NCBI GenBank assembly: GCA_965279035.1
Contig: OZ257142.1
Span: 3,072,001 to 3,136,000, forward strand
Direction: 5' to 3'
DNA: 64,000 nt
DNA from: Bacteroidia bacterium
Lineage (GTDB): Bacteria > Bacteroidota > Bacteroidia > M30B66
The translations under genes were made by a program, and so were the position numbers. Shown piece after piece: positions 28,369-39,100 of this stretch (positions are counted from its first letter, which is position 1; every line of letters begins with the position of its first letter). The notes under the pieces are model-generated. The model was not told the DNA's origin, did no database searches, and worked only from the letters and a program-made list of their open reading frames with translations.

Positions 28369-29019
28369 TTAGCTTCGATGTTCTAGTAATGGAACAAAGC
28401 GAAATTCTCCATGTTCTTCACTTACGATTGAACCATCGGCTGATTTATCGAGCACATGCATCACTTGCTTTCCATCCAAACCAACCGGAATCACAAGTTT
28501 CCCTCCCGGTTTTAATTGATCAATTAATGCATCCGGAATAAATGGCGCTCCAGCTGTTACAAGAATTTTGTCGAATGGAGCAAAAGCAGGCTGACCTATA
28601 TATCCATCACCAAAAAACAAACGTGCTTGAATGTTCATGAGTTCGAGCAACTTTTTTGTACGAACATATAAAGCATGCTGACGCTCGATGCTAAAAATTT
28701 TCACTCCAAACTGAGCCAATACCGCTGTTTGATAACCACTTCCGGTTCCAATTTCTAGGATTTTTTCCCCTGCTTTCAATCCCAATAAGTGTGTTTGAAA
28801 AGCAACGGTTGAAGGATGCGAAATGGTTTGTCCAGCACCAATTTGAAAGGCGATGTCTTCGTATGCTTTTTCGACAAAGGCAATATCTTGAAAAAACTGA
28901 TGACGAGGAACAGCACGTATAGCATCCAACACAGTTTCGTTCACAATGCCCTTAGCACGTAATTCATCAACCAGCCGGTTGCGTAATCCTTTATGTCTGA
29001 ATGAATCGGGTAACAGCAT
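28369..29019 (-). CDS. pcm: Protein-L-isoaspartate O-methyltransferase
   Basis: VPRH.F, GQTISHP, LEIGTGSGYQ and FRFVPLL; likely start ATG 29019. Confidence 0.93.
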   Translation of the reverse strand: MLLPDSFRHKGLRNRLVDELRAKGIVNETVLDAIRAVPRHQFFQDIAFVEKAYEDIAFQIGAGQTISHPSTVAFQTHLLGLKAGEKILEIGTGSGYQTAVLAQFGVKIFSIERQHALYVRTKKLLELMNIQARLFFGDGYIGQPAFAPFDKILVTAGAPFIPDALIDQLKPGGKLVIPVGLDGKQVMHVLDKSADGSIVSEEHGEFRFVPLLEHRS

Positions 29020-29197
29020 CGTTCTTTCTCCTCGGAATGCACGAAAATACATGGAGGAGAAGATGGATTGTTTGTTCGATGAACCCAATCGTTCACAAAC
29101 GTTTGTTCATTTTTTTTCCTTCAGGATTTCTTCTTTCGATGCTTCAGGTTCTTTTCTTTCAATCAAAATGCGCTAGGTTTGCGCAAAATTAAAGAGT

Positions 29198-30184
29198 ATG
29201 CTTAAGATAGGCGTAGTCGGTGCCGGACACCTTGGTAAAATCCACCTTAAATTGATTGGGGAAATTGATTCTTACCACTTGGCTGGCTTTTATGATGCTG
29301 ATCCTGAAACTGCTGCTGCCGTAGCGAAAGACTTGAATATACATGCATTTGCAAGTTTCGAAGAATTGCTTGATGCGGTGGATGTGGTCGATGTTGTTAC
29401 GCCAACCATTTATCATCATCAGTATGCCAGTAAAGCGCTTCGGGCAAGTAAACATGTATTTATTGAAAAGCCTATTGCAACCACCGTTGAAGAAGCGCGC
29501 GATTTGGAACAATTGGCTGTTGAAGCAGGCAAAAAAGTTCAGGTTGGGCATGTGGAACGTTTCAATCCGGCATATACTGCTGCAATTCCATTCTGCAAAA
29601 ACCCGATGTTCATCGAAACACATCGTTTAGCATTGTTCAATCCACGAGGAACGGATGTATCGGTGGTGCTCGATTTAATGATTCACGATATCGACATCGT
29701 TCTACATAGCGTCAATTCTACCGTAAAGAAAATCAGTGCTTCGGGCGTTTCGGTGGTTAGTGAAACACCCGATATTGCGAATGCTCGTATCGAATTCGAC
29801 AATGGTTGTGTTGCTAACTTAACAGCAAGTCGTCTATCGATGAAGAACATGAGAAAGACACGTTTTTTTCAACGGGATGCCTATATAAGTGTTGATTTTT
29901 TGGACAAAGAAGTTGAAGTGATAAGAATGAATGCTGTTGAAGGTGAACCCGATCCATTGGCATTAACTATCGAATTGGGGGAAGGCAAAGGATTGAAACA
30001 GATATTTTTAGAAAAGCCCGAAATTTTACCAACAAATGCAATAAAAGCAGAATTAGAAAGTTTTGCAGAGTCGATAACGCATAATCAGATTCCTGCGGTA
30101 ACGGCAACACATGGGCTTCAGGCTCTTGATGTAGCTTACCGGATTATAGAGAAAATGAATTCAACGCCCCATTTACTTTCCTGA
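29198..30184 (+). CDS. Gfo/Idh/MocA oxidoreductase
   Basis: GAGHLG, IEKP, GHVERFNP and DLMIHDID. Confidence 0.9.
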   Translation: MLKIGVVGAGHLGKIHLKLIGEIDSYHLAGFYDADPETAAAVAKDLNIHAFASFEELLDAVDVVDVVTPTIYHHQYASKALRASKHVFIEKPIATTVEEARDLEQLAVEAGKKVQVGHVERFNPAYTAAIPFCKNPMFIETHRLALFNPRGTDVSVVLDLMIHDIDIVLHSVNSTVKKISASGVSVVSETPDIANARIEFDNGCVANLTASRLSMKNMRKTRFFQRDAYISVDFLDKEVEVIRMNAVEGEPDPLALTIELGEGKGLKQIFLEKPEILPTNAIKAELESFAESITHNQIPAVTATHGLQALDVAYRIIEKMNSTPHLLS

Positions 30185-30187
30185 AAC

Positions 30188-31054
30188 ATGAAACAAGGCT
30201 ACTTGGTTTTGCTTTCGGTTTGTTTCGCCCTTTTGTTCGGATGTAATATCATCAACCCGGATGAAAAGGAAGCGTCTTACATTTCGATCAATCAAGTTGC
30301 TTTAAGCACCGATGCTGATATCCAAGGAAGCAATTCGGCCAATATTTCGGATGCCTGGATTTATGTTGATGATAACCTAATTGGTGCATTTCCACTTCCT
30401 TGTAAAATTCCTGTATTGAAAACCGGCATTCATAAGATTTCTATCGGTGCTGGAATAAAAATCAACGGTATTTCTTCGCTTAGAACACCTTATGTATTTT
30501 ACCGTTTCTATCAGCAAGAAAATGTCGACCTCGAAGCCGGATTAACAACTCAACTAAATCCATCGGTTGTTTATTTTGATTCATTGACATTTGGTTTCAA
30601 AGCCAATTTTGATGATATATCGGGCAATAAACTTAGCTCTACAGCGGCAAGCGATACAACTGCAGATTTAACTACTAATCCTTCGAAAGTTTTTGAAGGT
30701 GCAGGATCATTTATCACACGCCTATCGCGAGATAGTGGTTATGTTGATTTTCAAATGATCGATGGAATTGCACTTCCTAAAGGTGGTAGAACTGTTTATT
30801 TAGAGATGAATTATAAAACCAATCAAGCCTTGGTTGTTGGACTTCGCTCTTATTTTACAGGATCTGCTAGCAAAGAAGATAATATCATAAAGCTATACGC
30901 CAATACAGAGTGGAATAAAATATACATCAACTTAACAAAAACTGTTAGTTCCCGAGTTGGTGCCGACAATCATCGTGTGTTCTTTTCAAGCTATAAACCA
31001 GCAGGATCTGAACCTTTGGAAATTCTTCTCGACAACCTTAAAATCGTTTATTAG
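30188..31054 (+). CDS. Lipoprotein, unknown function
   Basis: Signal peptide ending LLFGC. Confidence 0.75.
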   Translation: MKQGYLVLLSVCFALLFGCNIINPDEKEASYISINQVALSTDADIQGSNSANISDAWIYVDDNLIGAFPLPCKIPVLKTGIHKISIGAGIKINGISSLRTPYVFYRFYQQENVDLEAGLTTQLNPSVVYFDSLTFGFKANFDDISGNKLSSTAASDTTADLTTNPSKVFEGAGSFITRLSRDSGYVDFQMIDGIALPKGGRTVYLEMNYKTNQALVVGLRSYFTGSASKEDNIIKLYANTEWNKIYINLTKTVSSRVGADNHRVFFSSYKPAGSEPLEILLDNLKIVY

Positions 31055-31057
31055 CGA

Positions 31058-32485
31058 GTGATTTCTATAAAACGCGATAAAAAACAAACCCGCATTCAGA
31101 TTGCTGCTGATTATCTTTCGGCACTTCTGGTTTGGACGCTGTATTATGCGTTTCGAAAAGTCTATATCGAGCCCATCGTATTTGGACATCCAGTACGAAT
31201 GGAATTCAATACTACTTTCTATTTGGGATTGGCTGTAATTCCTGTCTTTTGGCTCATTCTCTATCACATCTCCGGTGCATACTTCGATGTGTACAGAAAA
31301 TCACGACTGGGGATTTTAGGCACAACGGTTTGGGTGAGTATTTTAGGTTCTATCATTCTTTTCTTCGCAGTTTCGCTCGACGATTTTGTGCTTTCATATC
31401 GTTACTACTATATTTCATTTTCGGCCTTGTTCGGACTGCATTTTCTGATCACAGCAATTCAGCGAATGATTTTGGCAACTTTTAACGCTCGAAAAATTCA
31501 ACATCAAAAAGTCTTCTTTAACACCCTTCTTATTGGTTCTGGCAAAAAAGCCTTAGATATCTATCGAAAAATTGAAGAACAACCCATTCGTAGTGGTAAC
31601 CGCTTTTTAGGTTATGTCCCTGTTAATGGAACGCATGAACCTGAATTGGATAAAGCCCTTTCGCGCATTGGTCATTTCGATCAAATGGTTCAACTTATTC
31701 AGGAACTCGATATTGAAGAGGTGATAGTAGCTCCCGAAAATTCGGAACATTCCTACTTAGGAAAATTCCTTACCGAATTGGAAGTCACAACCGTTGTTAT
31801 CAAAGTAATTCCTGACATCACCGATATTCTTTTGGGATCGGTTCGTATGTCGGCCATTTTTGGTGCTCCGGTCATTGAAATGAAACGCCAGTTAATGCCT
31901 CGTTGGCAGAAATCACTGAAGCGTTTATTCGATATTACAGTTTCACTTTTTGTACTCGTTTTCCTCTCTCCTATTTATCTCATCACAGCCATTCTTGTAA
32001 AAACAAGTTCCAGCGGTCCTGCTTTATACAGCCATACGCGCATTGGTTTTAACGGTAAACCATTTCGTATTTATAAGTTTCGTTCGATGTTTTGTGATGC
32101 CGAAAAACGTGGACCTCAACTCAGTAGTAAAAACGATTCGCGCATAACGCCTTTTGGGAAATTCATGCGCAAGACTCGCCTCGATGAAATTCCTCAGTTT
32201 TACAATGTACTCATTGGTACGATGTCGATTGTTGGTCCTCGACCTGAACGTCAGTTTTTCATTGATCAAATTGTAGAAGTTGCCCCTCACTATCGTTTAT
32301 TACATAAGGTTCGTCCAGGTATTACAGGTTGGGGACAAGTGAAATTTGGATATGCCGAAAACGTAGATCAAATGGTTGATCGCCTCAAATACGATATTCT
32401 TTATATAGAGAATATGACTTTAGCGCTAGACCTAAAAATATTGATTTACACATTTCTTATTGTACTTCAAGGAAGAGGAAAATAG
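31058..32485 (+). CDS. Undecaprenyl-phosphate sugar phosphotransferase (WcaJ/WbaP-like)
   Basis: KRLFDI, YKFRSM, RLDEIPQ, VGPRPE and RPGITGWGQV. Confidence 0.92.
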   Translation: MISIKRDKKQTRIQIAADYLSALLVWTLYYAFRKVYIEPIVFGHPVRMEFNTTFYLGLAVIPVFWLILYHISGAYFDVYRKSRLGILGTTVWVSILGSIILFFAVSLDDFVLSYRYYYISFSALFGLHFLITAIQRMILATFNARKIQHQKVFFNTLLIGSGKKALDIYRKIEEQPIRSGNRFLGYVPVNGTHEPELDKALSRIGHFDQMVQLIQELDIEEVIVAPENSEHSYLGKFLTELEVTTVVIKVIPDITDILLGSVRMSAIFGAPVIEMKRQLMPRWQKSLKRLFDITVSLFVLVFLSPIYLITAILVKTSSSGPALYSHTRIGFNGKPFRIYKFRSMFCDAEKRGPQLSSKNDSRITPFGKFMRKTRLDEIPQFYNVLIGTMSIVGPRPERQFFIDQIVEVAPHYRLLHKVRPGITGWGQVKFGYAENVDQMVDRLKYDILYIENMTLALDLKILIYTFLIVLQGRGK

Positions 32486-32574
32486 TCCAATTCTCGTTTG
32501 AAGTTTCGGATGTAGTTTGCGTTATTTGCAGTCCTTTCTGAAAATCACATCCTTCAGAATTAACCATCATTTCA

Positions 32575-33462
32575 ATGAAAAAAATTGCTGTTATCGGTGC
32601 TGGAACAATGGGCAATGGAATCGCTCATACGTTTGCTCAATTTGGATTTCCTGTTATTCTAGTTGATGTGAGTGAAGCTGCTCTTTCTAAAGGAATGTCG
32701 GCTATTACGAATAATCTCGATCGTCAAGTTCAAAAAGGAATTCTTACCGAAACACAAAAAACAGAAACCATTGCTCGTATAACTACATTGAATCAAATTG
32801 ACGAACGTCTTTTTGATCGTGATTTAGTAGTTGAAGCAGCATCTGAAAATTTTCAAATTAAATCCTCTGTTTTCCGTCAGCTTGATCAGTTTTGTCAAGC
32901 CTCTTGCATTTTAGCTTCGAACACTTCTTCCATTTCTATTACGCGCATTGCAGCCGAAACAAAACGTCCTGCTCAAGTAATCGGAATGCACTTTATGAAT
33001 CCCGTTCCGGTGATGAAATTGGTTGAAATTATCAATGGATATTCAACTTCATCTCAAACAAGCGCTATTACTGTTGAATTAACCGAAACTCTTTCGAAAA
33101 TTCCGGTCGTTGTGAATGATTATCCGGGCTTTGTTGCTAATAAAATTCTAATGCCTATGATCAATGAAGCCATCATTACTTTACACGAAGGCGTTGCTGG
33201 TGTTAATGAAATTGATACGGTGATGAAACTAGGAATGGCACATCCAATGGGACCATTGCAATTAGCCGATTTTATTGGTTTGGATGTTTGTTTATCTATT
33301 CTAAGAGTATTGCAAGATGGTTTTGGAAATCCTAAATATGCACCATCACCTTTATTAGTAAATATGGTGATGGCTGGTCAATTGGGTGTGAAATCGGGTG
33401 TTGGATTTTATGATTATAGTGCTGGAATCAAACAGGCGCGTGTGGCAGATCAGTTTGCTTAA
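32575..33462 (+). CDS. 3-hydroxybutyryl-CoA dehydrogenase
   Basis: GAGTMGNG, SNTSSIS, GMHFMNPVP and HPMGP. Confidence 0.9.
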   Translation: MKKIAVIGAGTMGNGIAHTFAQFGFPVILVDVSEAALSKGMSAITNNLDRQVQKGILTETQKTETIARITTLNQIDERLFDRDLVVEAASENFQIKSSVFRQLDQFCQASCILASNTSSISITRIAAETKRPAQVIGMHFMNPVPVMKLVEIINGYSTSSQTSAITVELTETLSKIPVVVNDYPGFVANKILMPMINEAIITLHEGVAGVNEIDTVMKLGMAHPMGPLQLADFIGLDVCLSILRVLQDGFGNPKYAPSPLLVNMVMAGQLGVKSGVGFYDYSAGIKQARVADQFA

Positions 33463-34091
33463 TTGACAAACGTTCCATCTTCAATCGATTCAATAATATC
33501 TTCAATCATTTTATCTTCCGCATTGGCATTGGGATCGTAGGAAGATTTTAAGTTTGTTTTGAATACGCGTGCGAGCGATTGCCAGAAAAATGCTTCAAAA
33601 GATCCACGCAAATCCTTCACTAAGCCGTAGGAAGTGTTACCTGTTTCTCGGTCGATGAGTTTTATGAGGATTCTTCCTTGATTCAAGGTCATGTTCCGAA
33701 TATCACCTTCGAATTCTTTCTTTAGATCTTCTTCGGCTAACTTCAACATGCGTTTTTGCTCTTTCTCCGATTTCCCTTTCATCTTTTCGTTGTACTCGAG
33801 GAGTTTTTTCCCGGCAACTTTAGAATAAGGATACACTTTAGCAACATCGCGTTTGAGTCGGCTCCATTTACGCTCTTCGCGTTTGCTACTAAAACTTCTT
33901 TTTTCAGAAATACTAACGGGCTGTAAAGTAACAACCGGAAGTGTATCACCATTTTCGGTTATGATATACGATACTTTAAATCCGGTTGGTTGAGGAGTTC
34001 CTACTAGTTTAATTCTTTCTTTTAAAGGAATTTGTGCCATACTGTTGAAAGACAGTAGTAGGAAGACGAAAATAGAAAGGATGATCCGCAT
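33459..34091 (-). CDS. DUF4294-like secreted protein
   Basis: GDTLP...KVYPY...QGRILIKLIDRETG..SY...FWQ. Confidence 0.75.
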   Translation of the reverse strand: MRIILSIFVFLLLSFNSMAQIPLKERIKLVGTPQPTGFKVSYIITENGDTLPVVTLQPVSISEKRSFSSKREERKWSRLKRDVAKVYPYSKVAGKKLLEYNEKMKGKSEKEQKRMLKLAEEDLKKEFEGDIRNMTLNQGRILIKLIDRETGNTSYGLVKDLRGSFEAFFWQSLARVFKTNLKSSYDPNANAEDKMIEDIIESIEDGTFVN

Positions 34092-34116
34092 GGCTTGTTT
34101 TCTGGGGCTTTCCAAT

Positions 34117-34536
34117 TTATAGGCCAGCCGAGGAGAAATAAGGAGATAAAGCTGTTAACAAAGGTAAGGGTGCTTTCACAGGTCGGTTTCGTTCTTTATC
34201 AATAAACACCAATTCGGTTTCTGCGGTGTTAAGCGCTTCGTTCATTTCATTAAACGTAGAATAATGAAAACGTATACGTATGGATGGAATTTCTTCAATA
34301 CGTGTCTCTATTCGAAGAAGTTCATCGTAACGACCCGGTTTCTTGTAATGAATGTGAAAATCGGTGACCGGCATGAGGATTCCAGATTCTTCAATGGAAC
34401 GATAACTCATTCCAAGAGCGCGCATAGCTTCTACTCGAGCCACTTCGAAGTAGGTGGCATAATGTCCATAATAGACAATTCCCATCTGATCTGTTTCTGC
34501 ATATCGCACACGCACAAGGGTTTGATGTGTAAACAA
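34117..34536 (-). CDS. Acyl-CoA thioesterase (YbgC/4HBT family)
   Basis: RVRYAETDQMGIVYYG.Y..YFE. Confidence 0.9.
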   Translation of the reverse strand: MFTHQTLVRVRYAETDQMGIVYYGHYATYFEVARVEAMRALGMSYRSIEESGILMPVTDFHIHYKKPGRYDELLRIETRIEEIPSIRIRFHYSTFNEMNEALNTAETELVFIDKERNRPVKAPLPLLTALSPYFSSAGL

Positions 34537-34608
34537 TTTTTTTTTCTAAAGGATGAATGTTATTAAATGAATTGATGTAAATTTTCGGGTTTCTTCTTCC
34601 ATCCTGTT

Positions 34609-35373
34609 TTGAATCCAACGAAAGTTATCCATACAGTTATACACTTACTGGCTCTCAGTTTATTGGCAGCCTGTACAAGCTCACTAAAACCTCAATCAGC
34701 AGGGAGAGAAAATATCGTTATTGGTAAAAATGGAAGTCTGGCGAGCAATGAGCAAATTGAACAAATGATCGTTCCTTATCGTCTTCCTTTACAAGAAACA
34801 ATGGCTGAGGTAATCATTGTGAGCGATGCACCAGCTACTAAGGCTTTACCTGAAAGCAGTTTAGGGAATTTGGTTTGCGATTTTATGATCAACCAAGCGA
34901 GTCGAATTAGCGGAAAAAAAATCGATATTGCTTTTTACAATACGGGCGGACTTCGCATCGAATTGCCTAAAGGTGATATTACTGTTTCAATGATTTATGA
35001 ATTAGCACCATTTGAAAATGAATTAGAAACCATCGATATACTGGGAAAAGATCTTCCACTTTTATTCGAACAAATTGCTAAACGAAAAGGTGGTCCTGTT
35101 GCAGGCATTCAAATGAAATTGGATTCAAAAGGAGGTTATACAGTTTTAATAGGTGGTCAAGCCATTCAAAATGAACGTGTGTATACGCTTGTTTCAAACG
35201 ATTATTTAATCAATGGAGGTGATAATTACACGATTCCTCCGTTTCAAAATAGAACATCACTTAAAATAAAGCTACGCGATGCGCTAATTGCTGAGTTGCA
35301 TGAAATGAAAAAAACAAATTCAACGTTACACCCTAAATTAGATGGAAGAATTTACCTCTCAGACACGCCGTAA
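34609..35373 (+). CDS. 5'-nucleotidase C-terminal domain lipoprotein
   Basis: LLAAC lipobox, ESSLGN, NTGGLR, PFEN and DYLINGGD. Confidence 0.88.
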   Translation: MNPTKVIHTVIHLLALSLLAACTSSLKPQSAGRENIVIGKNGSLASNEQIEQMIVPYRLPLQETMAEVIIVSDAPATKALPESSLGNLVCDFMINQASRISGKKIDIAFYNTGGLRIELPKGDITVSMIYELAPFENELETIDILGKDLPLLFEQIAKRKGGPVAGIQMKLDSKGGYTVLIGGQAIQNERVYTLVSNDYLINGGDNYTIPPFQNRTSLKIKLRDALIAELHEMKKTNSTLHPKLDGRIYLSDTP

Positions 35374-36292
35374 GTTTTTACGGAATGGACTTGGTCTGGT
35401 GGCACTTTCTGCTCTACCCGACTGGGCCAAAGCCTTGAATGCAGAAAACGGTTTAAAAAGTTTAACCGTTTTACATACCAATGATTGGCATAGTAGAATA
35501 GATCCTTTTCCTGACAATGATCCAAAATATGCGGGACAAGGTGGCGCAGCGCGACGTGCAGCATTGATTGATCAGATTCGGAAAGAACAAGACCATGTTT
35601 TATTGTTAGATGCTGGCGATATTTTTCAAGGAACACCTTATTTCAATTTTTATGGGGGCGAGCCTGAATTTAAATTGATGTCGGCTATGGGATATGATGC
35701 AGCCACTTTGGGAAATCACGATTTTGATAATGGAATTGAGGGACTTGTTAACAAAATGCCTTTTGCCGACTTCCCTTTTTTGAATTGCAACTACGATGTA
35801 AGAGACACAGCGCTTGAGGGGAAGTTAAAAAGATCCATTGTGTTGAAGAAGAATGGGTTGAAGATTGGGATTTTGGGTGTTGGGATTGATTTAAAGGGCT
35901 TAGTTCCTGATGCAAACTGGAAAGGTATTCGTTACAACAATCCCATTGTAGAAGCTGATAATGAGGCTACTTATCTAAAGAATGAACGTGCTTGTGATAT
36001 GGTTATCTGCTTATCACACCTCGGTTTGCAATACGATACTCCAAAGGTTTCTGACTACATGTTGGCAGCTGGCACTAAGGATATTGACCTCATACTAGGC
36101 GGACATACCCATACTTTCCTTGAAAAACCCATAACCATTATGAATAAAATTGGCAATCCCGTGACCATTAATCAGGTAGGTTGGGCTGGACTTAGATTAG
36201 GTCGGCTCGATTACCATTTTAGTAGTATAAACAACGTGAAAAATCAGGCATTCACCCGAATTGAAGTTTTTAAAAAGTCAATAGCAGTTTGA
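35342..36292 (+). CDS. 5'-nucleotidase metallophosphoesterase domain, Tat-exported
   Basis: RRKFL Tat motif; HTNDWH, DAGD, GNHDFD and GGHTH. Confidence 0.9.
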   Translation: MEEFTSQTRRKFLRNGLGLVALSALPDWAKALNAENGLKSLTVLHTNDWHSRIDPFPDNDPKYAGQGGAARRAALIDQIRKEQDHVLLLDAGDIFQGTPYFNFYGGEPEFKLMSAMGYDAATLGNHDFDNGIEGLVNKMPFADFPFLNCNYDVRDTALEGKLKRSIVLKKNGLKIGILGVGIDLKGLVPDANWKGIRYNNPIVEADNEATYLKNERACDMVICLSHLGLQYDTPKVSDYMLAAGTKDIDLILGGHTHTFLEKPITIMNKIGNPVTINQVGWAGLRLGRLDYHFSSINNVKNQAFTRIEVFKKSIAV

Positions 36293-36411
36293 TTTTTTTT
36301 TCATGAATTTTTAGTAAATATTTGCCCCCTACAAAATTTCCCCCTCTTAGTGTTCAGATGAATTTGAGTTTTTATTCTTAATCAACGCAGCGCTAACATA
36401 TTATACTTAGA

Positions 36412-37842
36412 ATGGAAAAAACATTTGAAAAAATCTGGCAGAATTGCCTCGACATTATTAAGGATAACGTCAATCAACAAAGCTTTAAAACTTGGTTTGA
36501 TCCAATTCGTCCCGTAAAATTGAACGGAAGTGTATTGACTATTCAAGTACCAAGTCAGTTTTTTTATGAATGGTTAGAAGAACATTATATCGATCTTCTA
36601 AAAAAGACGATTAACAAAGAGCTTGGACCAGAAGGTCGTTTGGAATATTCCATTATTATGGAAAACAATTACCGTAACGCTAATCCGTATACAGTTAATA
36701 TTCCTGCAGTTAACCATAAATCGCTGAAAAATCCGGCTGTTTCGATGCCGATTGACCTCAACAGCAACTCAATAAAAAACCCGTTCATCCTTCCTGGTCT
36801 GAAGAAAATGAATGTTGAATCTCAACTCAATCCGAATTACTCATTCGATAATTTGGTTGAAGGAGATTGTAATCGCCTAGCACGCTCTGCGGGATTTGCT
36901 GTTGCCAATAAACCAGGTGGTACAGCATTCAATCCATTGTTAATTTATGGTGGAGTTGGTTTAGGAAAAACCCATCTTTCCAATGCTATTGGGATTGAAA
37001 TCAAGAAAAACTTTCCTAATAAAACTGTTCTTTACGTTCAATCTGAAAAGTTCTGCCATCAGTTTGTTGATGCTGTGAAAAACAATTCACATAACGACTT
37101 CATTCATTTTTACCAGATGATTGATGTGTTGATTATTGATGACGTTCAGTTTTTTGCAGGCAAAGAAAAAACTCAGGACGTTTTCTTTCAAATTTTCAAT
37201 CACTTACATCAAACCGGAAAACAACTCGTTCTCACATCCGATAAATCACCCATTGAATTAATTGGATTGGAGCAACGTTTATTATCACGTTTCAAATGGG
37301 GTTTAAGTGCCGATCTTCAAGTACCTAATCTTGAAACACGCATTGCCATCCTTGAGAAAAAGATATACGCCGATGGTATTGAAATGCCACGCGACGTTAT
37401 CGAATACTTAGCATACAACATCACTACAAATGTTCGTGAGTTAGAAGGGGCACTCATCTCATTAGTAGCTCAATCAACTTTAAACCGCAAGTCGATCACA
37501 ATGGAGCTTGCGCGCCAGATGATTGATAAGTTTGTTAAGAATACAACACGTGAAATCTCTATCGATTTCATTCAGAAAGTCGTTTCTGATTATTTCAGCT
37601 TACCACTGGAATTGCTTAAATCTAAAACTCGTAAAAGAGAAGTGGTTCAAGCACGTCAGATTGCTATGTTCTTTGCGAAGAATATGACAAAATCTTCACT
37701 CGCTAGTATTGGTTTACAATGTGGAGGTAAAGATCACGCAACTGTTCTACATGCTTGCCGTACCGTAAATAATCTACTCGAGACCGACAAGAAATTCCGC
37801 GTTTACATCGATGAGATTGAAAAGAAAATCGGCAACCAATAA
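36412..37842 (+). CDS. dnaA: Chromosomal replication initiator
   Basis: NPLLIYGGVGLGKTHL, IDDVQ, SRFKWGL, NVRELEG and DHATVLHA. Confidence 0.98.
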   Translation: MEKTFEKIWQNCLDIIKDNVNQQSFKTWFDPIRPVKLNGSVLTIQVPSQFFYEWLEEHYIDLLKKTINKELGPEGRLEYSIIMENNYRNANPYTVNIPAVNHKSLKNPAVSMPIDLNSNSIKNPFILPGLKKMNVESQLNPNYSFDNLVEGDCNRLARSAGFAVANKPGGTAFNPLLIYGGVGLGKTHLSNAIGIEIKKNFPNKTVLYVQSEKFCHQFVDAVKNNSHNDFIHFYQMIDVLIIDDVQFFAGKEKTQDVFFQIFNHLHQTGKQLVLTSDKSPIELIGLEQRLLSRFKWGLSADLQVPNLETRIAILEKKIYADGIEMPRDVIEYLAYNITTNVRELEGALISLVAQSTLNRKSITMELARQMIDKFVKNTTREISIDFIQKVVSDYFSLPLELLKSKTRKREVVQARQIAMFFAKNMTKSSLASIGLQCGGKDHATVLHACRTVNNLLETDKKFRVYIDEIEKKIGNQ

Positions 37843-37860
37843 AAACAGGCACTCGCTCAA

Positions 37861-38322
37861 TTGTCTATAAATAAAGTTTTGATGGTCTGTTTGGGCAACA
37901 TTTGTCGCTCACCAATGGCCGAAGGTATCCTGCGCGCCCGTATCGAAGAAGCAGGTAAAAAAGTTATTGTCGATTCAGCCGGCACTTCCGACTATCACAC
38001 AGGTGAAAGTCCGGACTTCCGCGCTATTCGTACACTAGAGAAACGTGGTATTGATATATCAGGCCTTTCTGCTCGACAATTTACAGTCAAGGATTTTGAT
38101 GATTTTGATTTCATCTATGCGATGGATGCGTCCAATCTCATGAATATACTTTCCTTAGCTCGTAACGATGAGGATAGAAAAAAAGTGAGTTTGATTCTCA
38201 ATATTAGTCACCCCGATAGCAATCGTTCTGTTCCTGATCCCTATTATGGAGGAATGGAAGGATTTGATGAAGTGTTTAAATTATTAAATGAAGCCTCCAT
38301 TCTACTACTCAGTAAACTGTGA
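37861..38322 (+). CDS. Low-molecular-weight protein-tyrosine phosphatase
   Basis: VCLGNICRS and DPYY. Confidence 0.95.
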   Translation: MSINKVLMVCLGNICRSPMAEGILRARIEEAGKKVIVDSAGTSDYHTGESPDFRAIRTLEKRGIDISGLSARQFTVKDFDDFDFIYAMDASNLMNILSLARNDEDRKKVSLILNISHPDSNRSVPDPYYGGMEGFDEVFKLLNEASILLLSKL

Positions 38323-39038
38323 GTATGAATTCAGGAACCCTTTATTTACTTCCTTCCTATTTAGGAGATGAAGCCAAATCAGATTCTCTCTGTGGTTGGG
38401 AAACAGCTTTAATTCAAGAGCTTCGCATTTACTTTACCGAAAATGAAAAAAGTGCTCGACGCTTTCTTCGTAAAGCTGGATATAAAGATTCGTTCGACGA
38501 TATTACTTTACATCGTGTTGATAAAGACACACGCATAGAAGAACAACTCGACTTATTAAACCTCATTCTCAATGGAGCTGATGTTGGTGTTCTTTCAGAA
38601 GCAGGTGCACCCGCCATTGCCGATCCTGGAGCAAGTTTGATTTCCTTAGCTCATGATATGGGAATTCCAGTTGTGCCTATTCCTGGGCCTTCGGCGATTA
38701 TGTTGAGTATTATGGCTTCGGGCTTAAACGGACAACAATTTACTTTTCACGGATATCTACCGATTGATAAAATTGCACGTGCAAAAAAACTTCGAGAGTT
38801 AGAACAGGTTTCTTTCCAAACGGGTTATGCTCAGTTTTTTATCGAAACTCCCTATCGAAATACATCCATATTAGAAGATTGTTATTCGATACTTCACGCA
38901 GGAACTCGCTTATGTATTGGAGTAAACTTGACTGTTCCTGCGGGTTGGATTAGAACACTTCCTATTTCTAAATGGAAATTGATAAAACCCCAAATTCAGA
39001 AGTTACCTGCTGTGTTTGGAATATTAAAAACAGCATAA
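38319..39038 (+). CDS. RsmI-like SAM-dependent methyltransferase
   Basis: SEAGAPAIADPG, PGPSA, FHGYLP and IETPYRN. Confidence 0.88.
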   Translation: MSMNSGTLYLLPSYLGDEAKSDSLCGWETALIQELRIYFTENEKSARRFLRKAGYKDSFDDITLHRVDKDTRIEEQLDLLNLILNGADVGVLSEAGAPAIADPGASLISLAHDMGIPVVPIPGPSAIMLSIMASGLNGQQFTFHGYLPIDKIARAKKLRELEQVSFQTGYAQFFIETPYRNTSILEDCYSILHAGTRLCIGVNLTVPAGWIRTLPISKWKLIKPQIQKLPAVFGILKTA

Positions 39039-39100
39039 TTTTCAATCTGATTAAACGTTAGTACTTTCGCGTGGTCTGCCTCGTACTAAACTTAAAATAT

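Noticed and set aside
27900-28369. tmRNA or integration site next to smpB
   Set aside because: smpB abuts the convergent pcm gene, and no ssrA- or tRNA-like sequence is seen.
29020-29166. Short ORF (MIERKEPE...KK*) in frame with pcm, separated by a single TGA
   Set aside because: No readthrough or SECIS-like signal is evident and pcm is complete from 29019, so it is probably chance within a long leader.
34609-36292. 5'-nucleotidase split into two genes
   Set aside because: Each half has its own export signal and the split form is usual in Bacteroidota, so it is not a frameshift.
36293-36411. oriC directly upstream of dnaA
   Set aside because: The gap is only about 120 bp and has no recognisable DnaA box.
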